Below are positions 35,448-49,300 of a DNA stretch of 64,000 nucleotides, piece by piece; the first letter of the stretch is position 1; every line of letters starts with the position of its first letter. The stretch lies in the NCBI GenBank assembly GCA_051530055.1, contig CM121342.1, positions 13,655,480-13,719,479 on the forward strand. Reading direction: 5' to 3'. Source of the stretch: Neoechinorhynchus agilis. Its lineage: Eukaryota > Animalia > Acanthocephala. The notes below the pieces were generated by a model. It did no database searches and had not been told where the DNA came from. It saw nothing but the letters and a program-made list of their open reading frames with translations. Position numbers and translations under genes: made by a program.

Positions 35448-38400
35448 TTATGTAAAAAATGCAGGATCCACACACTTGTCAGCATCTATCTTTGCTAAAC
35501 GGTGTATGGATGACGGATGTTGAGAAGTTTCTACTTCGTAAGATAGCTGGCCTTTCCTGCTACATATCGATGCTGGTACCCATTTCTTGTGCCGAACATC
35601 TCGGTACCATACTTGACTCTTGTCCTCAAATTCTTCGAATCTTCTAACCTTTTTGTCGTGACTAGATTTTTCGATCATTCCCTTGATTCTCTCTGTCTTC
35701 GCCGGATCTGACTTGAGATTGTCGAACAGAATCGGAATTATTCGCCCTATCATCATCATCTGGGCTGGCGACTGTCCTGTGATCGCGTGTGGGGTATTTC
35801 GATATGCCAATAGCAACTTTTGGAGACTATCGCTGCCCGCACACGTTCTGCTTTTCAATGTCCCCACGAATCTCTCGACCAGCCCATTTGTCCTCGGATG
35901 GTAGAATGAACTGCCACAGTGAGTGATCCCGTTCTTTCTACAAAAATGTTCAAAATCTCTGGCTACAAACTGCGGACCATTATCCGTGACAATTCGTTCG
36001 GGGACTCCCCGCCGTGCGAACGCTTCCTTTAAACATTCTATTGTGTTCCGCACATTGAATGACGGTCTAATACATACCTCGGGCCATTTGGAAAATGCGT
36101 CTATTGCAATCAGGTACATTGAGCCACCTATCGGTCCGGCAAAATCCAAATGGATCCTCTTCCATGGCTCTTTTTCTGGGCCCCAAGGGAAAAGCGGCAT
36201 CTCTTTTAATTCTGGTCTTTTGGATTGACACTCATAGCACCCCTTAATATGATTTACTATATCATGATCCATTCCTGGCCACCAGCAATAGAAACGTGCC
36301 AAAGCTTTCATCGCTGCCATGCCTGGGTGTCCTTCGTGTAATTTCGATAAAACCTCTGCCCGCAAGGCCTCCGGGATCACAATTCTGTCCAACCACATTA
36401 CAACGCCGCCTTGCATGGATAATTCCCTTCGACGCCTCCAAAACGCAGTATCGGACTCATCGACGGAGATCGGCCATCCATATATCAAAAATCTTTTCAC
36501 TTTAGAGATATGCTTATCTGCTTTTGAACATTCTCTCAAATCTTTGCCGGTGAGATCTAAAACGGATTCGTTCTCATATGTGATGAAGTAAATTCCTTCC
36601 TTTTCATTCACGTGTTTGTCGTTGTCGTCTTCTAACGTTGGCATCCTGGACAAAATGTCAGCGTAACAATTCTTGGCCCCTGGAACATGTTCGATTTCAT
36701 ACTCGTAGGATGATAAATCTAGTGCCCATCGCACGATTCGAGCATTCGCCACTTTAGATAACACCCGGTTACGACCGAAAATAAATTGCAGAGGCTTGTG
36801 ATCCGTGCACATCGTGAACGGCCTTCCATGGAGATAATCATGAAACTTCCTTAAGCCATAAATCAACGCCAGCGCCTCTTTCTCAATTTGCGAATAGTTC
36901 ATTTCTGCCTTAGACAGAACCCGAGAGGCGAACGATATCGGCACTAAGTCTTTGGATTCTGTTCGGTGCACCAAGACCGCACCAAGACCGCACCAAGTCC
37001 TACTCCGCTGGCATCACAAACCAACGCTACCTCTTTCCTTGGATCAAATGGGATCAGTCCTCTGGGATTTCGTAACCGCTGTTTTAGCTCGCTGAAAGCC
37101 TTTTCCTGACGCACGCTCCATTTCCAGCATGGAAGTTAGCCATGCCAAGAAAACTCCTCAGCTCCTTCGCGTTTTTAGGCGGCGAAGCTTCTGTCAACGC
37201 TTTCGTTCTATCATGAATGGGTGTTATCCTGTTTTCGGAGATGACATGGCCCAAATAACGAATTTCCTTAACAGTAAAAACGCACTTTCCTCCTTGAACC
37301 CGAATACCTTCATCTTCCAAACGTCCAAGCACTTGCTTCAAACATGTCTCGTGTTCGTTTAGTGTTTTTGTAGCAATGATAATATCATCTGGATATGCTG
37401 CTGTATTGGGGAAACTTTGAGAACTTTATTAATATATCTCTGAAAGATTCCCGGTGCGGCGGAAATTCCCAGGGGCATCCTCCTGTATCTAAAATATCCG
37501 AACGGAGTACAAATCGTGAGCATCCTGCTGGTTTGCTCATCCACCGGAATCTGAAGGTGGCCATCCTTTAAATCAATTGAGCTATACCAGCTGGACCTAG
37601 CTAACTTTTGAGTCACCTCCTCAAATGTAGGTATTTGCAGCGGATACAGTCTTAGATATTTGTTTCAGGTGATTCTGAAGTCGCCACATATCCTGATCCT
37701 CCCATTGGCTTTTCTCACGATTACAATCGGCGTGGCCCATATCAGATCATCTTACACCGCATCGACCGGAACCAAAATATCGTCCTTAACCAATCCCTCT
37801 AGTTTTTCCTCTAGAGCTTGATGTTATGCGAACGACACCCTCCTTGTCTTATGAATACTGCCCTGAATATTAGATAATGAAGCAAAACTGGCCACGAACC
37901 CCTTCACAGCTGCTGTGCGACCATCGAAGGGTGTCGAGAACTGCTCTTAGATTCTGGAACCTATCGAACGTGCCTTGGCTTCGTTTTCTTGAACCTGGTT
38001 GACTGGAACGATTCGAGATTCCGGTATTTTCAAACCAAATGCTAACATCCATGGTAGCGTGAAAATTGGGCGTTCTATTCCGGTAATCATAATAACCTCC
38101 AAATTCTTCAATTTCCGGTCCACTCTCACTTGCACGACACAAGAGCCAAGCGTCTCGATCCTCGTTCCCCCAAACGCTCTTATCACTGGCGCTGGGGCTT
38201 ACACAGCTTCCTTCAAATTGCTCTGGTGAGCTAACATCTCTGCTCTCTGATTTCCTCTCGATCTCCGAATACATCGAAGCATTGTACCACTATTATAATC
38301 CGAATTTAGTACTATTTGATTCACATCTTTCGACTCTTTGCAGCATCGTGCCAAATGTCCCATTTTGTTGCATCTGAAACATTTCATAGACTTTGCTCCA

Positions 38401-38880
38401 CATTTGCTCACATCACCATGTTCCCTGTCACATCGAAAACATCTCCTCTTCCAACGCTTCGGGGACTCAGTACTTCTTCGACTTTTAGACTGCCTCTGCT
38501 TCCTTGGCCAGGTACTTACTGCTTTGACCTCTGAGTCCGAAAACGGCGCGCTGTTTCCTGATGTAATAATCTTCATCGCTTCCCTCTTGCTCTCGAAAGT
38601 GTCGGTGATCTCCAACAAATCTTTCAGAGTGAGATCTTTCTTGTTGAACGCAGCTTTTCTCACTTCTTCATGTGGCGAGCTAATGATGATTGCGTCGCGG
38701 ATATAAACTTCGGTCGCCGACTGCTCGTCGCGAGAACTTCCATGTGGATCATGCAGCGAACTAATACATTTTGAGAGTCGCGAATCTCTTCTCATTTCTT
38801 TCATAGACAGAAAACGATGGGTACAGACGCTGAAACAGTTTTCCACTGTAGTTTCAAGGGCAATTTTTTTTCGTTCACCA
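35448..38880 (-). mobile_element. Decayed Gypsy/Ty3 (Mag/K02A2.6-like) LTR retrotransposon internal region
   Basis: gag double zinc knuckle (CFRC..H...C...CFRCNKMGHLARCC), RT (SIDLKDG, RMPLGISAAPGIFQ), RNase H (NYSQIEKEAL, TDHKPL), integrase (HEGHPG, PWKRIHLDFAGP, TDNGPQF). Many stops and frameshifts; no LTR pair found. Confidence 0.95.
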
Positions 38881-40057
38881 CATTAAAAATCGATTATGTG
38901 TTTAAGCTCACAGGAATGATTTCTGATACGGTCGAAAGCTATTTTAATTTTCGTAACTGAGGATATAATTGAAATGCCACTAATAATGCTACAAACTCGC
39001 AGGAAAAGGTTTACTCAAAAAGGTATTTAATAATTGATCACTTTTGAGTAGTTGAATGTCTTGCACGGTACAAAATGCAGGTAAGAGCAAATGTGATACC
39101 AAGAATAAATGACAAAGTTCCAATGATTGTCATTGTCAATTCTACTCCATTTAAGCATATTCGGCGATGAAAAAACCCTTGATCGTCAACCACCAGTTGC
39201 AGATTTTTATCTTCAGTAGAACATGAGGCTCAATATTACTGATATAGAAAATTAATACGACCTTTTTGACTTACCCAGAACCAAGAGCGCTACAATTGAG
39301 AGCATTTCCAAAAGAGGCTATCTCACCACTCAGTCAGTTGCTCGTGTATAGATGTACTTTAAACTATATATACACATATTAAGCGCTTTAAGAGTAGGAA
39401 AGTTGGGTGACAGCTTAGAAAAGTGTCAGGGGTCTCGGTGGCTTGCAAAAGTTGGAAGTTGGGGTGTTTTCTATTTAACAACACCAAACGATAATTTTCC
39501 ACTTGCCCTATTTTATCACGGTGTACCTGTTAAAAAAATAAAATCACTCGAAGGATTCGCTCACTTCTACAGAATCCTTCAATATTTCCATAGAAAAGAC
39601 GTAAATCATCTTTATACTGATGATTCGCTCCAGTATTGTTTTGTCATATGTGAATACGTTTCTTTAAATCTCACTTGATCGACATTCAGGCAAAAAAAAT
39701 CAAAATTCAAAAATCACGATCCCAGAAACTTCAGTTTATGTGATATCAAAGCATTATTCAGATTTGCTCGAAGACAATGCTTAAATTTTAATGTGTTTTG
39801 ACTGGTAAAATAATCAGATGTGGGATTTTTGACAGAACAAAAAACTGAATAGTTAAATCTTCAATTGGAATCTCACATTAAAGAAAACTTTTCCTGTTAA
39901 AAAAATGGACAGTGTATATCAAAATCGAATGAAGTTCACAAAACATTTCACCGTAGTTTACGAATAACTATTAATATTTTCTAAGAGAATAATCAAACTT
40001 GTAATATGAATACAGCCGTGGCGGTGGGGAAACAAATTATATATCCAAGATGACTTT

Positions 40058-40103
40058 TATTGAAATATTTCGTCCAATCACGATGGACTTCTTCAGTCAA
40101 TTA
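40058..40103 (-). ncRNA. Minimal type I hammerhead ribozyme (3' pLTR copy, sense to the GIY-YIG ORF)
   Basis: Reverse strand reads AATTGA-CTGAAGA-A-GTCCA(TCGTGAT)TGGAC-GAAA-TA-TT-TCAAT. Confidence 0.85.
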
Positions 40104-40988
40104 TCTAAAAAGGGAATTAGAAACATCATTTTCTTATCAGGAGGTATCCTTAACTTTAGGGAATAATCTATCTTGCTTCCCTCGAAAGTATTGGTTCCCT
40201 GGATGAACATGACCTCGATAATAACACGCTCAACCTTATGGTCATTGCGTACCAACAAATATCCGTCGTTAATATCGGGCCCGTATTCAGAGAGTGGGAA
40301 ACCACAGCGGAGTTCGTGTCATGTTTCCTCAGTGAATAGCGATGTTCCCTTATCCTCCTCCCAAAGTTATTTGTCTGGCCAATATAGTAGCGATCACAAT
40401 CCGAGCAAGGTATTTTATATATGCTCGGACAGATCAGACCATGAAGATTATTTCTTCGTTTGGAATAGACGAGCGTATGTTTGCTCTGGTGGCCCGTCAA
40501 TAAGACCCTGGATAAACTTCGATGGGAGGAATCGTCAATAAACGGCAACTCAAGAAACACACTGCCCTTATCCGATGTCACGACTGTCGGCCTCCCAAAT
40601 CTAGCGCTCCTGATCACCTTCCTAACCAGATTCAATGGATAACCCATCCGTCCTGATAAATCCAGAATAAAATGCAGTTCATGTTCGAGGTCAGTACTAG
40701 AGCTGCAATAAGCAAAAGCTCGTTGTACCAATGATCTATCCCTGGAGATCTTATATTCTCGTAGTTAAGAGGAGATCCATGGGACCATGCCATGTGGAAC
40801 ATCGATTCTTCGATGGAAACTGAATCTACCGTCAGTCTCGACATCCGTCGATCATTGAATGTGTGGATCTTTAGTGTTGAGGTAGTTCAGCAGGGAATCA
40901 ATACTTTCGAGGGAGACAAGGCAAATTATTCCCTAAAGTTGAGGATACCTCCGGATAAGACGTTGAGATTGCCAAATTTCTTTTTAGA

Positions 40989-41035
40989 TAATTGACTGAA
41001 GAAGTCCAGTGTGATTGGACGAAATATTTCAATTA
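40989..41035 (+). ncRNA. Minimal type I hammerhead ribozyme
   Basis: TAATTGA-CTGAAGA-A-GTCCA(GTGTGAT)TGGAC-GAAA-TA-TT-TCAATTA: intact core, 7-bp stem I, palindromic stem III (ATAT). Confidence 0.88.
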
Positions 41036-41476
41036 AAGTGATTCTTGGATATATAATTTGTTTCCCCACCGCCACATACTCATGGATTTTATCTTTAACC
41101 ACCAAAGCAATACACTCAATGAAAACTGATCTGATTCTGCAATTTGAGACCATTTTCTTATTGTTTCCTCAGTGGGTAAAACTGAAAGATGAGAAAAGTA
41201 AGTGTTACATTCGTCGTCGGCCTCTCTCGTCGTCGACCGTCATCCATCACGAGGACCAAGAACAAAATAAAATAAAACGTGTTATTGAACTTGTTTATAT
41301 CCTTCATGATAACATTCGGGTGAAAAGCAATCCTCTTGTGGCGATTCATACCCCGAGACCTGCAAGTCGGTTTAGGAAATTTTGTGCCTATCACAATGTC
41401 AATATTAAGTGATGATTGATCTTAATTAAAAATTGCAAGTAAAAAAATTTGATTAAAAAAATTCAACATACAAGAT

Positions 41477-42016
41477 CAATGTTCCCTCTAAACTGCGCGC
41501 CCGCCGTGCCGATCTGCGCAACAGCAAAAACTCTTACTCAGTTCTATTTTTCCTTCACCGTTCAACTCTCTTCTTTATACAACTCTATTAATTTTTTATA
41601 AAAAATACATTTCATATTTTTGATTACAGAGAAGGTTAGAACTAGTTCAATTCAGACACCATGACGTCGTGAGCTATGCAGCAAAGAATAAAGGCTGAAC
41701 TAGTTGAGCATTAAAATTTTGCTTATCATCTTATAGTCAAATTTATCTAAATACAGTTTACAATCCTTGAATAACATATAAATACAGAACGAAAAATGGC
41801 TGATAATAAGCAGAATGAAGTTGAATAAACATTAGTTGGTCGCGTATAATTAAATATTTAATGAGAAGATTAAATTGATTCAAATAATTTACTACTACAT
41901 TTTCCATAATTTTAATTGTTAACTTTAATATTGCCGTTTTTGTCACATTCGGCTCATTAAAAGCTATTATTATGATTTTTTGAGCTCACGTTAATCTTTT
42001 GCTAGAGGGAATGTTG
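41477..42016. mobile_element. 540-bp non-autonomous hAT-type MITE
   Basis: TIRs CAATGTTCCCTCTA / TAGAGGGAATGTTG (12 of 14 match); perfect 8-bp TSD TACAAGAT at 41469-41476 and 42017-42024. Confidence 0.88.
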
Positions 42017-43399
42017 TACAAGATTTAGGCTAGCAGCTGTTGGCAAATCGTACATTTGATTCTATTAAACACGATCTGGCACTGCCATCAAGTGTCAACG
42101 AAAAATTATACTACAAGAGGAAGTCCTCCCGGGTTCGAGCTAGTTCTATGGTCGTTATTTTCAAAAGATTGATAGTCGGTCGTCGTTCAGTTGACACCAA
42201 GCGCCGTTGTGATGGTGTTGTTGAACCCGCTAAGAAACAGGTTATTACGCCCTTTAGTAATCCATTCATAATCTTGTGAAATAATACTTAATTTGCCAGC
42301 TGCATGATTAATCAAGTTTTGTTTTCAAATGGACCCTTTTGCGGGCTGATGCAAGGTCGATTGAACAGTTCGATGTTGTAAACCTAAACCCAGTTTCATG
42401 GTAAATATTCGAAGTCGACAATCGAATTTGCTGGATATTCCAAAAATCGAATTATGTCATGTAATCAGACAAGGCCGACGACAGTCGCAATTGGCTATTA
42501 ACATTCGATGCTCGCGATTAGTGGCAGTCTCTTGGTGGGCTAGGGCAGGTTTTGATGCTGTGTTGGAAGTTGAGCTTGCGTTGGACTCGGAAGTTCATGC
42601 GGTGGATTATTGCGAATATTGGGATCTAAATATTGGATAGATGCCCCCAATGTTAGTCATCCGAAAATCAAATGATATGGAGATAATTTGAGTTGGTCAA
42701 AGATAACAAAAACTCGATGATAAGTGAATACTTTTTCTACCAAGAAGCAAATATGGATATTAAGCTCTTGATTATATGAAGATAAAAGTAGATGAATTGA
42801 TAGACCTCTTGTTTTTCTCGAAATTATTACACGAAAAACAACAAGTCATCAACTTCGACAATAATTGAGACTTCAACTCAACCTTAGCGGAACTCATTAT
42901 TCATAGCATTTTCCATATGGCATCTATCGGTGATGTTTGCTCTCAAGACCTTCGCTCGGTCCATCTTTAGTTATATTTAAAATGAACATGAGTTTTTTCG
43001 AAAGAGAACTTTCTGTCTTCTATATTATCAATAATCGCATTTTGTACAATCAATAAGCTGGCGTACAACTTTAAAATTACCCTTTTTATCGTGATATCTT
43101 AATCGCGCATTTTTCTCGGGTTCTTAAGAACTTATCTAAATTGCAATTTTTCGTTTAATATCACCGTTTATCGATGTCGACCGTTAACGTTTTAAAATAG
43201 CCTGTCGAACTATTTTCAAATGAAAATGGACATGTTTTTGTGTGGTGCTCTATGAACAAACTTATACGTGAAATCAAAGAACATTGCAATAATATTCCAT
43301 TAAATAAAGCTTTTTTAATCACGATTAAGGTTACAGTTGTAGAAAATGAGGCTGTCAGAAGGGTTGCATTAGGACACTTCTCGATTTTCATTGTTTGTT

Positions 43400-46300
43400 T
43401 CATTTAAGCGTGTTCAGCGTCATGGTCTTTATTAGTGAAACCGACTGTTGGACGAAAACTTGACCTCTGTCTGTCAGTACAGCGAGTCTCTTTCCCAAGA
43501 TTGTATTTATGCACAATGGAACATCAGCGATTACATATCTTTCAAAGATTTTCTGGGGATTTAAGATTGATATAACACTGATTGAGCGGTCTTCACATCC
43601 GACATAAAGGTTCGGTTCGTCATAATGAATGGCTGTAATATCAAAGTCGCTCAATTCGACTTTAACTATCGTCTTCCTGTTGAAGATATCGATCACAAAT
43701 ACCGTTCCACTGCTTGATCCAATTGCAATATAAGCCAATTCTTTGCTTTCATCATTGCTGAAGAATGCGTGAAGAACTTTCAATTTTAGATTTGGATCAA
43801 TGCTAAGCAGGTTAAGGCATCGGTCGAAGCTAATCGCTCGCTGGCCTTCTTCATTTAAAATCTCGTCCATTGTAAACCTGCAGTATAGTAAATTCTGATC
43901 AGTCGTCACTACTAGTGCTAAATACTCGTTATTTGGATAAAAGAGAATCTTGAACCAAACTGGCCATTCGGCTAGATCAACTGCGTGCTCGATATTTTTC
44001 ATAATTTTAATTTCCGCATTTAAAATTACTTTTCCGTCTGAATTTCGCGATAGATCAACGCGCAAATCCTTATTTAACATTATCTGTCTGTATTCAGCGA
44101 GATCGCCATAACTATATATTCTATCACTTCCAGAAGTAATAACCGCTTCCTGAAGTGCCCGACCAGGAAAATGAAAATAACTGTGGTGACAATAAGCATA
44201 GTGAAATCCATAGACACAACGAGGATAGTCGGCTAAATTGGTTTCACTTTTATATTCTGTGAGTTTACCGTTTGCATCACATTTCCATTTTGTCAACACG
44301 TTATGGCTATTCACGGTCAGCATAAATTTCTTGCACCTGCATACATCCATGCACTTGATATCATTTTGAAGAAATTCCCGAGGAATTGGAGTTAAACTCA
44401 CGATACCTTCGGCTCCGCAGCAAACAATATTCTCATTGTTTAATAGGGCAAAATCAGTACATTCGCCGCCATGTGGGCGTATCATTCGGTAATTATGTCG
44501 CATATCCGGTTCATCATATAAAACTATTTTTCCATCTTCCGATAAGAACAACATTGCAGTACCGTAGGATTCCGAATCACCAAGAAAGATAGGCGATCTG
44601 GCCGATTTTATTTTTTTCGCATCATAACAGCCTTTCATAGCTGGATCTTCGCCAAGTTCAACGTAGTATATCATCTGCGATTCATTGCTTAGAATGAAGA
44701 CAATTTCTTCGTCAATGCTTGAATTAAGAATTCGTGATGGAACGTCAGGGATTAAATTCCGAACGCGACATTCACTGTTCGCGACAATTGAAAGCTTTCC
44801 TTCGCCTGATTTCACTTTAAATATTCTCATATCGCCATCACCAAAGTCGATAATCAATGATTCTTCGCAATAGGCAATTTCTTGGATGGGATTTGAACTT
44901 AGCCTATCACACGATGTTGATTCAAAATCACAATTAAGAAAATCATCACTAAGCGCAGCTTAATTTTTTTGACAGCAATTCAATAATATTTATAAAATTT
45001 AATAATACACCAATTATGGGAGAAAGCATTTGGAAATTTTCATTCAACATTGAGAAAATATAATAAGAGTTAATGCTTTCGTAAAAAGTTAGGGGTAATC
45101 GAAAAGAAAATGTTTTCGAATTTCTATTAATGACATTTTTGATATTATAAACATACAAATGAGCAAAATAAAGGGAATATCAGTCGGCACGTTTAAAAGT
45201 ATTTCATTAACTCAAAAAATTAAACTCAACTAGATAGATGGGGTAATTTCGTTAGGTTAATGTTCCAAGAAAAATTTGTTGTATTGTTAGAATTTTAATG
45301 CGTCTCATTCAAGAAAGTTCTCTTTAAAAATATATACCTTTCTCGTATTCTTTACGCTTAAATTTATATTTTTCAAACTTAAATGCACATAAGTTTGTGA
45401 AATTGAAGATATTTGAGGACATACACGAGAACATATTTTGTTCGATTCTAAAACTTAAAAGAAATTTAAAGCTACACTTCTTAGAGCAATTTGACTTATC
45501 CGCGAAGATTCGAACGCAACCATCATCATAGCCAACAGCAATAAATTGTTCGACGTTACAACAGCAAGTTGCCCGTTTATTGGCTCTCAATTCAATAAAA
45601 ACATTTTCATATTCCGTAATCACGAATGCTTGTTGGTCACTCAATATGCCAACGACCTTATAACCATCATATATGCTTTTTCTAATGCAGTACAATGAAG
45701 ATCCTAAATCTGTTATGGACTTGACTTTTGGATTGGTCTTTAAGGCACTAAATTCGTACAGTTTTCCGTTTTCGCAGTAGGCAAAGAAAGTTTCGTTTTG
45801 ACACGATATTGACATTTGCAAAACCTTTCCGGCACCCTTCAAGTTTATTGAACTTTTACATAGCATATCCATTTGATCGTAGATCTTAACGATTGAGTTG
45901 CTGAAGCCCACTGCTAAACGTTTATTGTGATCTTGGGAATAAAAGCATAAAGGTTCTCCGGCCTCGGATTTCGACACGTCTATGCTTTTCACGAGAACGG
46001 GTTCAGTAAAATTAAAGACTTGAAGACCCGATGCGCTTGAAGCGATGTACAAATCACGCAAAGGCAACGTCGAAGGACATGAGAATCCACGCCTTAATTT
46101 TTCTTCGGATCCGGTATAGGTGCTTATAAGTTCTTTTTTACTAAGTAGATCAAACACAGCATCAATATCTCCAACTACGGTATTCCCGATCAGACAATTG
46201 TAAGGAAATATAACGTTTAAGTGATAAATAGCACTATTGGTGCGTATTGAATATAAATATTCACCGGTGTAAGGATTCCAACATCTGATTCCTTCCTCCG

Positions 46301-49300
46301 CGGATAACCAACCTGTAGAAAGAAGCAAAAGGTCCACTGGATGGAAACGTACACAATAAATCGGTTTTCGACTTGCTTTTATTGTAATAACATGAGCCAG
46401 AGAGTCCGAATTCCTTATCAGACACCATTGTAAGGCACGTAGAAAAAACCAATTTAAATTTTATAAAATACTATATATAACGCTTGTAAAATTTTAAAAT
46501 TTTAATGCATAATAATGAAATCCTGGGATCGGTAAGATGGAAAAATGCCCTAAAACGAGAATACTTCAGCACCTCTAAGGGTTCCTATACTATAATTTAA
46601 CGAACCTAAATGAAGAAATAAGAATTACAATGGTGTTTATACGGCAATTTGGCCATCATATGAACATGTGGCGATCAGATGATGATCAGCATCCATCGAA
46701 GTGATTTTGCCAGTGTGATCGTTATGAAAATGGTTGATTCGTATTTGCAAAAGTAGATCCCAGACTGAGAGAGATGCGTCGTGGGACACGCTTGCGAGAC
46801 GATTTTCATCAAGAAATTTTACCCCTGATATACAATCATAATGACCGTAAAATGAGTTATTAATTGAAGACGTGATTGAATCGATAACCGTCACGAAACC
46901 GGTTTTCGTACCGATCGCCACCATTCCCGTTCCGGCAAACGCATCCACACAAACGGCGCAATTTTCAGTTGACTGGTAAATCACAGTCCTTGGTGTAGTT
47001 GCATTAATCGGCCTCAATGCAGAAGTCAGATTCTTCTTTGCGGCAAGCTGTGTAGCTTCTATTAATAAGTGTGTGTTGGAGTCTTGTAGCATCATTTCAA
47101 GGCAACAATTCGGATTTGTTTCCAAAATGAATCGATTGTTGCGAATAAAAGTAAACATGTCGTAAAACCTCTTGTCCTTTTCAAGTGATGAAGAAGTTTG
47201 CAACAGTTCAATATAGTCTTTAAGAAGTTCATCAATACTACCCAGTGCACATCTTGCCTCGAGGTAAGAAACATCGGTTAAAAGTTTCTCTGCGTACATT
47301 GGACAATCAGATCGAATTGCATGAGAAATTAGTTTTATCATCATTTGAGGACAGGGCGAATGCCAAGAGTGGTTTCCGAACGGATCACAGTGCGATTCGT
47401 AATACACTGCTATGAGTTTGTGCGAGTGCTGAGTGTACTTTGTAAATGGTGTTGCTTTTCGAAGACATTCAACCACACTATCCTTGATTTCTTTATGAGC
47501 AAACGAAATGATGCCACCATCATGCTCGTTACTTGGGGTTAGATATCCATTCAGAAAATCTCGTAGGGCGAAGAATTTCGATTGAATTAGCGGTGGCACA
47601 TTTAAAGGGTTGCCGCTACCTAAGCTGCAAATAATATTTTCGATCGATATTTTGTTTAAATCAAATTGGGAATCCAAATAAAGAAGATTAAGTAGATCGA
47701 TTTCATTGATTCCATCGTTCACACAAAGCAGAAGAGAAAGCAATCGATATACATTCAATGTACCTTCGTATTTCTTTAGTCGATCTAGAGATGTTGCAAC
47801 CATTCGACGAAAAGAACCCGGTAATTTAGAAATATTCGATGATACCATTTCAAAATCGGTCGTTAGCTTGCGAATTTCTTCACAGGCAAATTGTACGTAC
47901 AGAGGAAATTTTGCGTGTTGTTTCGTTAGAAGCATTCTTAACTGATTATTCCGTGAACTTTCCTCAAGCGTCTTGCTGAACCGAGCAAAAGTACTGATAG
48001 CAATCTCCTTGCGTTCTGGATAAGTTAAATCATCGAGTACAAAAGTAGACTGATTCATTTTAGGCGGAATAACTATGTCTTTCATAAAATCATTACTTGT
48101 CAAAAGCAAGCTTGTATTCTAAAGAACGGGAATATTTAGATTTAGTCTAAGGTCGGATAAAATTCGAGGCTCGTCATGTTAAAGGCTACAGCCGTCACTG
48201 ATGAATACAATTTTAAATATTTTAAGTACCTACCTTTTAAAGGCGAACAGTGGCGGTTATAATATAACAAAATTTTAAACGAAACTTACATAATTCAAAG
48301 TCGCCTTGAACATTCGTTTTATCAGATGCGGTTGTCTTAACCATTCAAATCCATCCACAGCAAGAATTATCCTTTTGTCCTCAGAGGCGAATTGTTTCAA
48401 GACATTTGAGAAACTAGCAATAACAGTGTCCTCATTATCATCTTTGAGATGAATGTCCTGTTGCATTTCATGGGACATCTCATGAATAAATTTCTTTAGC
48501 ATCGTATTAGCACTGCTGTGTCCACCGTCAGATAAATAGTAAAGACATGTCAGACCGTATTTCTGAGATTGTAATTCCTTGATAATCTGACACACAAATG
48601 TCGATCGCCCCGAACCTGGAGAACCTTCTATAATCACTAATTGATTTCCACAACGAATTTTTAAGACTGCAATTGCGCTATTAAATATGCTCTTTCTTAC
48701 AATTGGCTGTATTGCCATTTCTTCAAATTTCGATTTCATGTATTCGATTTCAAGATTAATGTCATCACACAGGAAATCATTGGTTCGTTCAACAGGGAGT
48801 CTTAGCTTCTCCAAACAATTCCAAACGTTATTAAATACCCGCTCTGCAAAGATTTCGAGGTTCCTAAGTTTCACAATACCACCAGAGGTAAGCCCAGCGT
48901 AGCTACATGGATAATTCCGGTAAACTTCAAATCCTGATGAGACAATTTTCGACTTCAATTCTCTAAGCCTTTGTACTTTGTCTTTACAAGTGTCCACCAA
49001 GTTATCCTTGTAAACATTTGGAACATTATCAACATACGATTCGTCGCGCAAATAGAAAAACACTCGATCCTTTAGGCATTTATATTTTTCAAATGCACCT
49101 TCGATTATTTCAAGTTCGGTTATTGAAGCTCCAGATGGATATTGAGTAATCCATGGATGACGAATTCTATCAATATTTTCGTAGCTAAAATCGGAATAAC
49201 CGTATCGACTTCCTAATATACCAATAAATATGTCGTTTTTTCGAGCTTCATTCAGACAAACTTTGATGCAGCCTTCAACTGAATCTTCGGTTACGCCCCA

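Larger units (their letters stand above)
40018..41075 (-). mobile_element. 5'-truncated Penelope-like element (GIY-YIG end) with ~200-bp inverted terminal arms
   Basis: IYKIPCSDCDRYYIGQTNNFGRRIREH (GIY-YIG). 40018-~40215 is the reverse complement of ~40875-41075. Confidence 0.92.

Noticed and set aside
39352-39678. Possible SH2-like ORF
   Set aside because: No FLVR/FLIR signature and no supporting exons; cannot be supported.
43161-43403. ORF overlapping the TEP1 stop as an extra exon
   Set aside because: TEP1 ends with a recognisable terminal WD segment at 43400; this ORF is likely 3' UTR noise.
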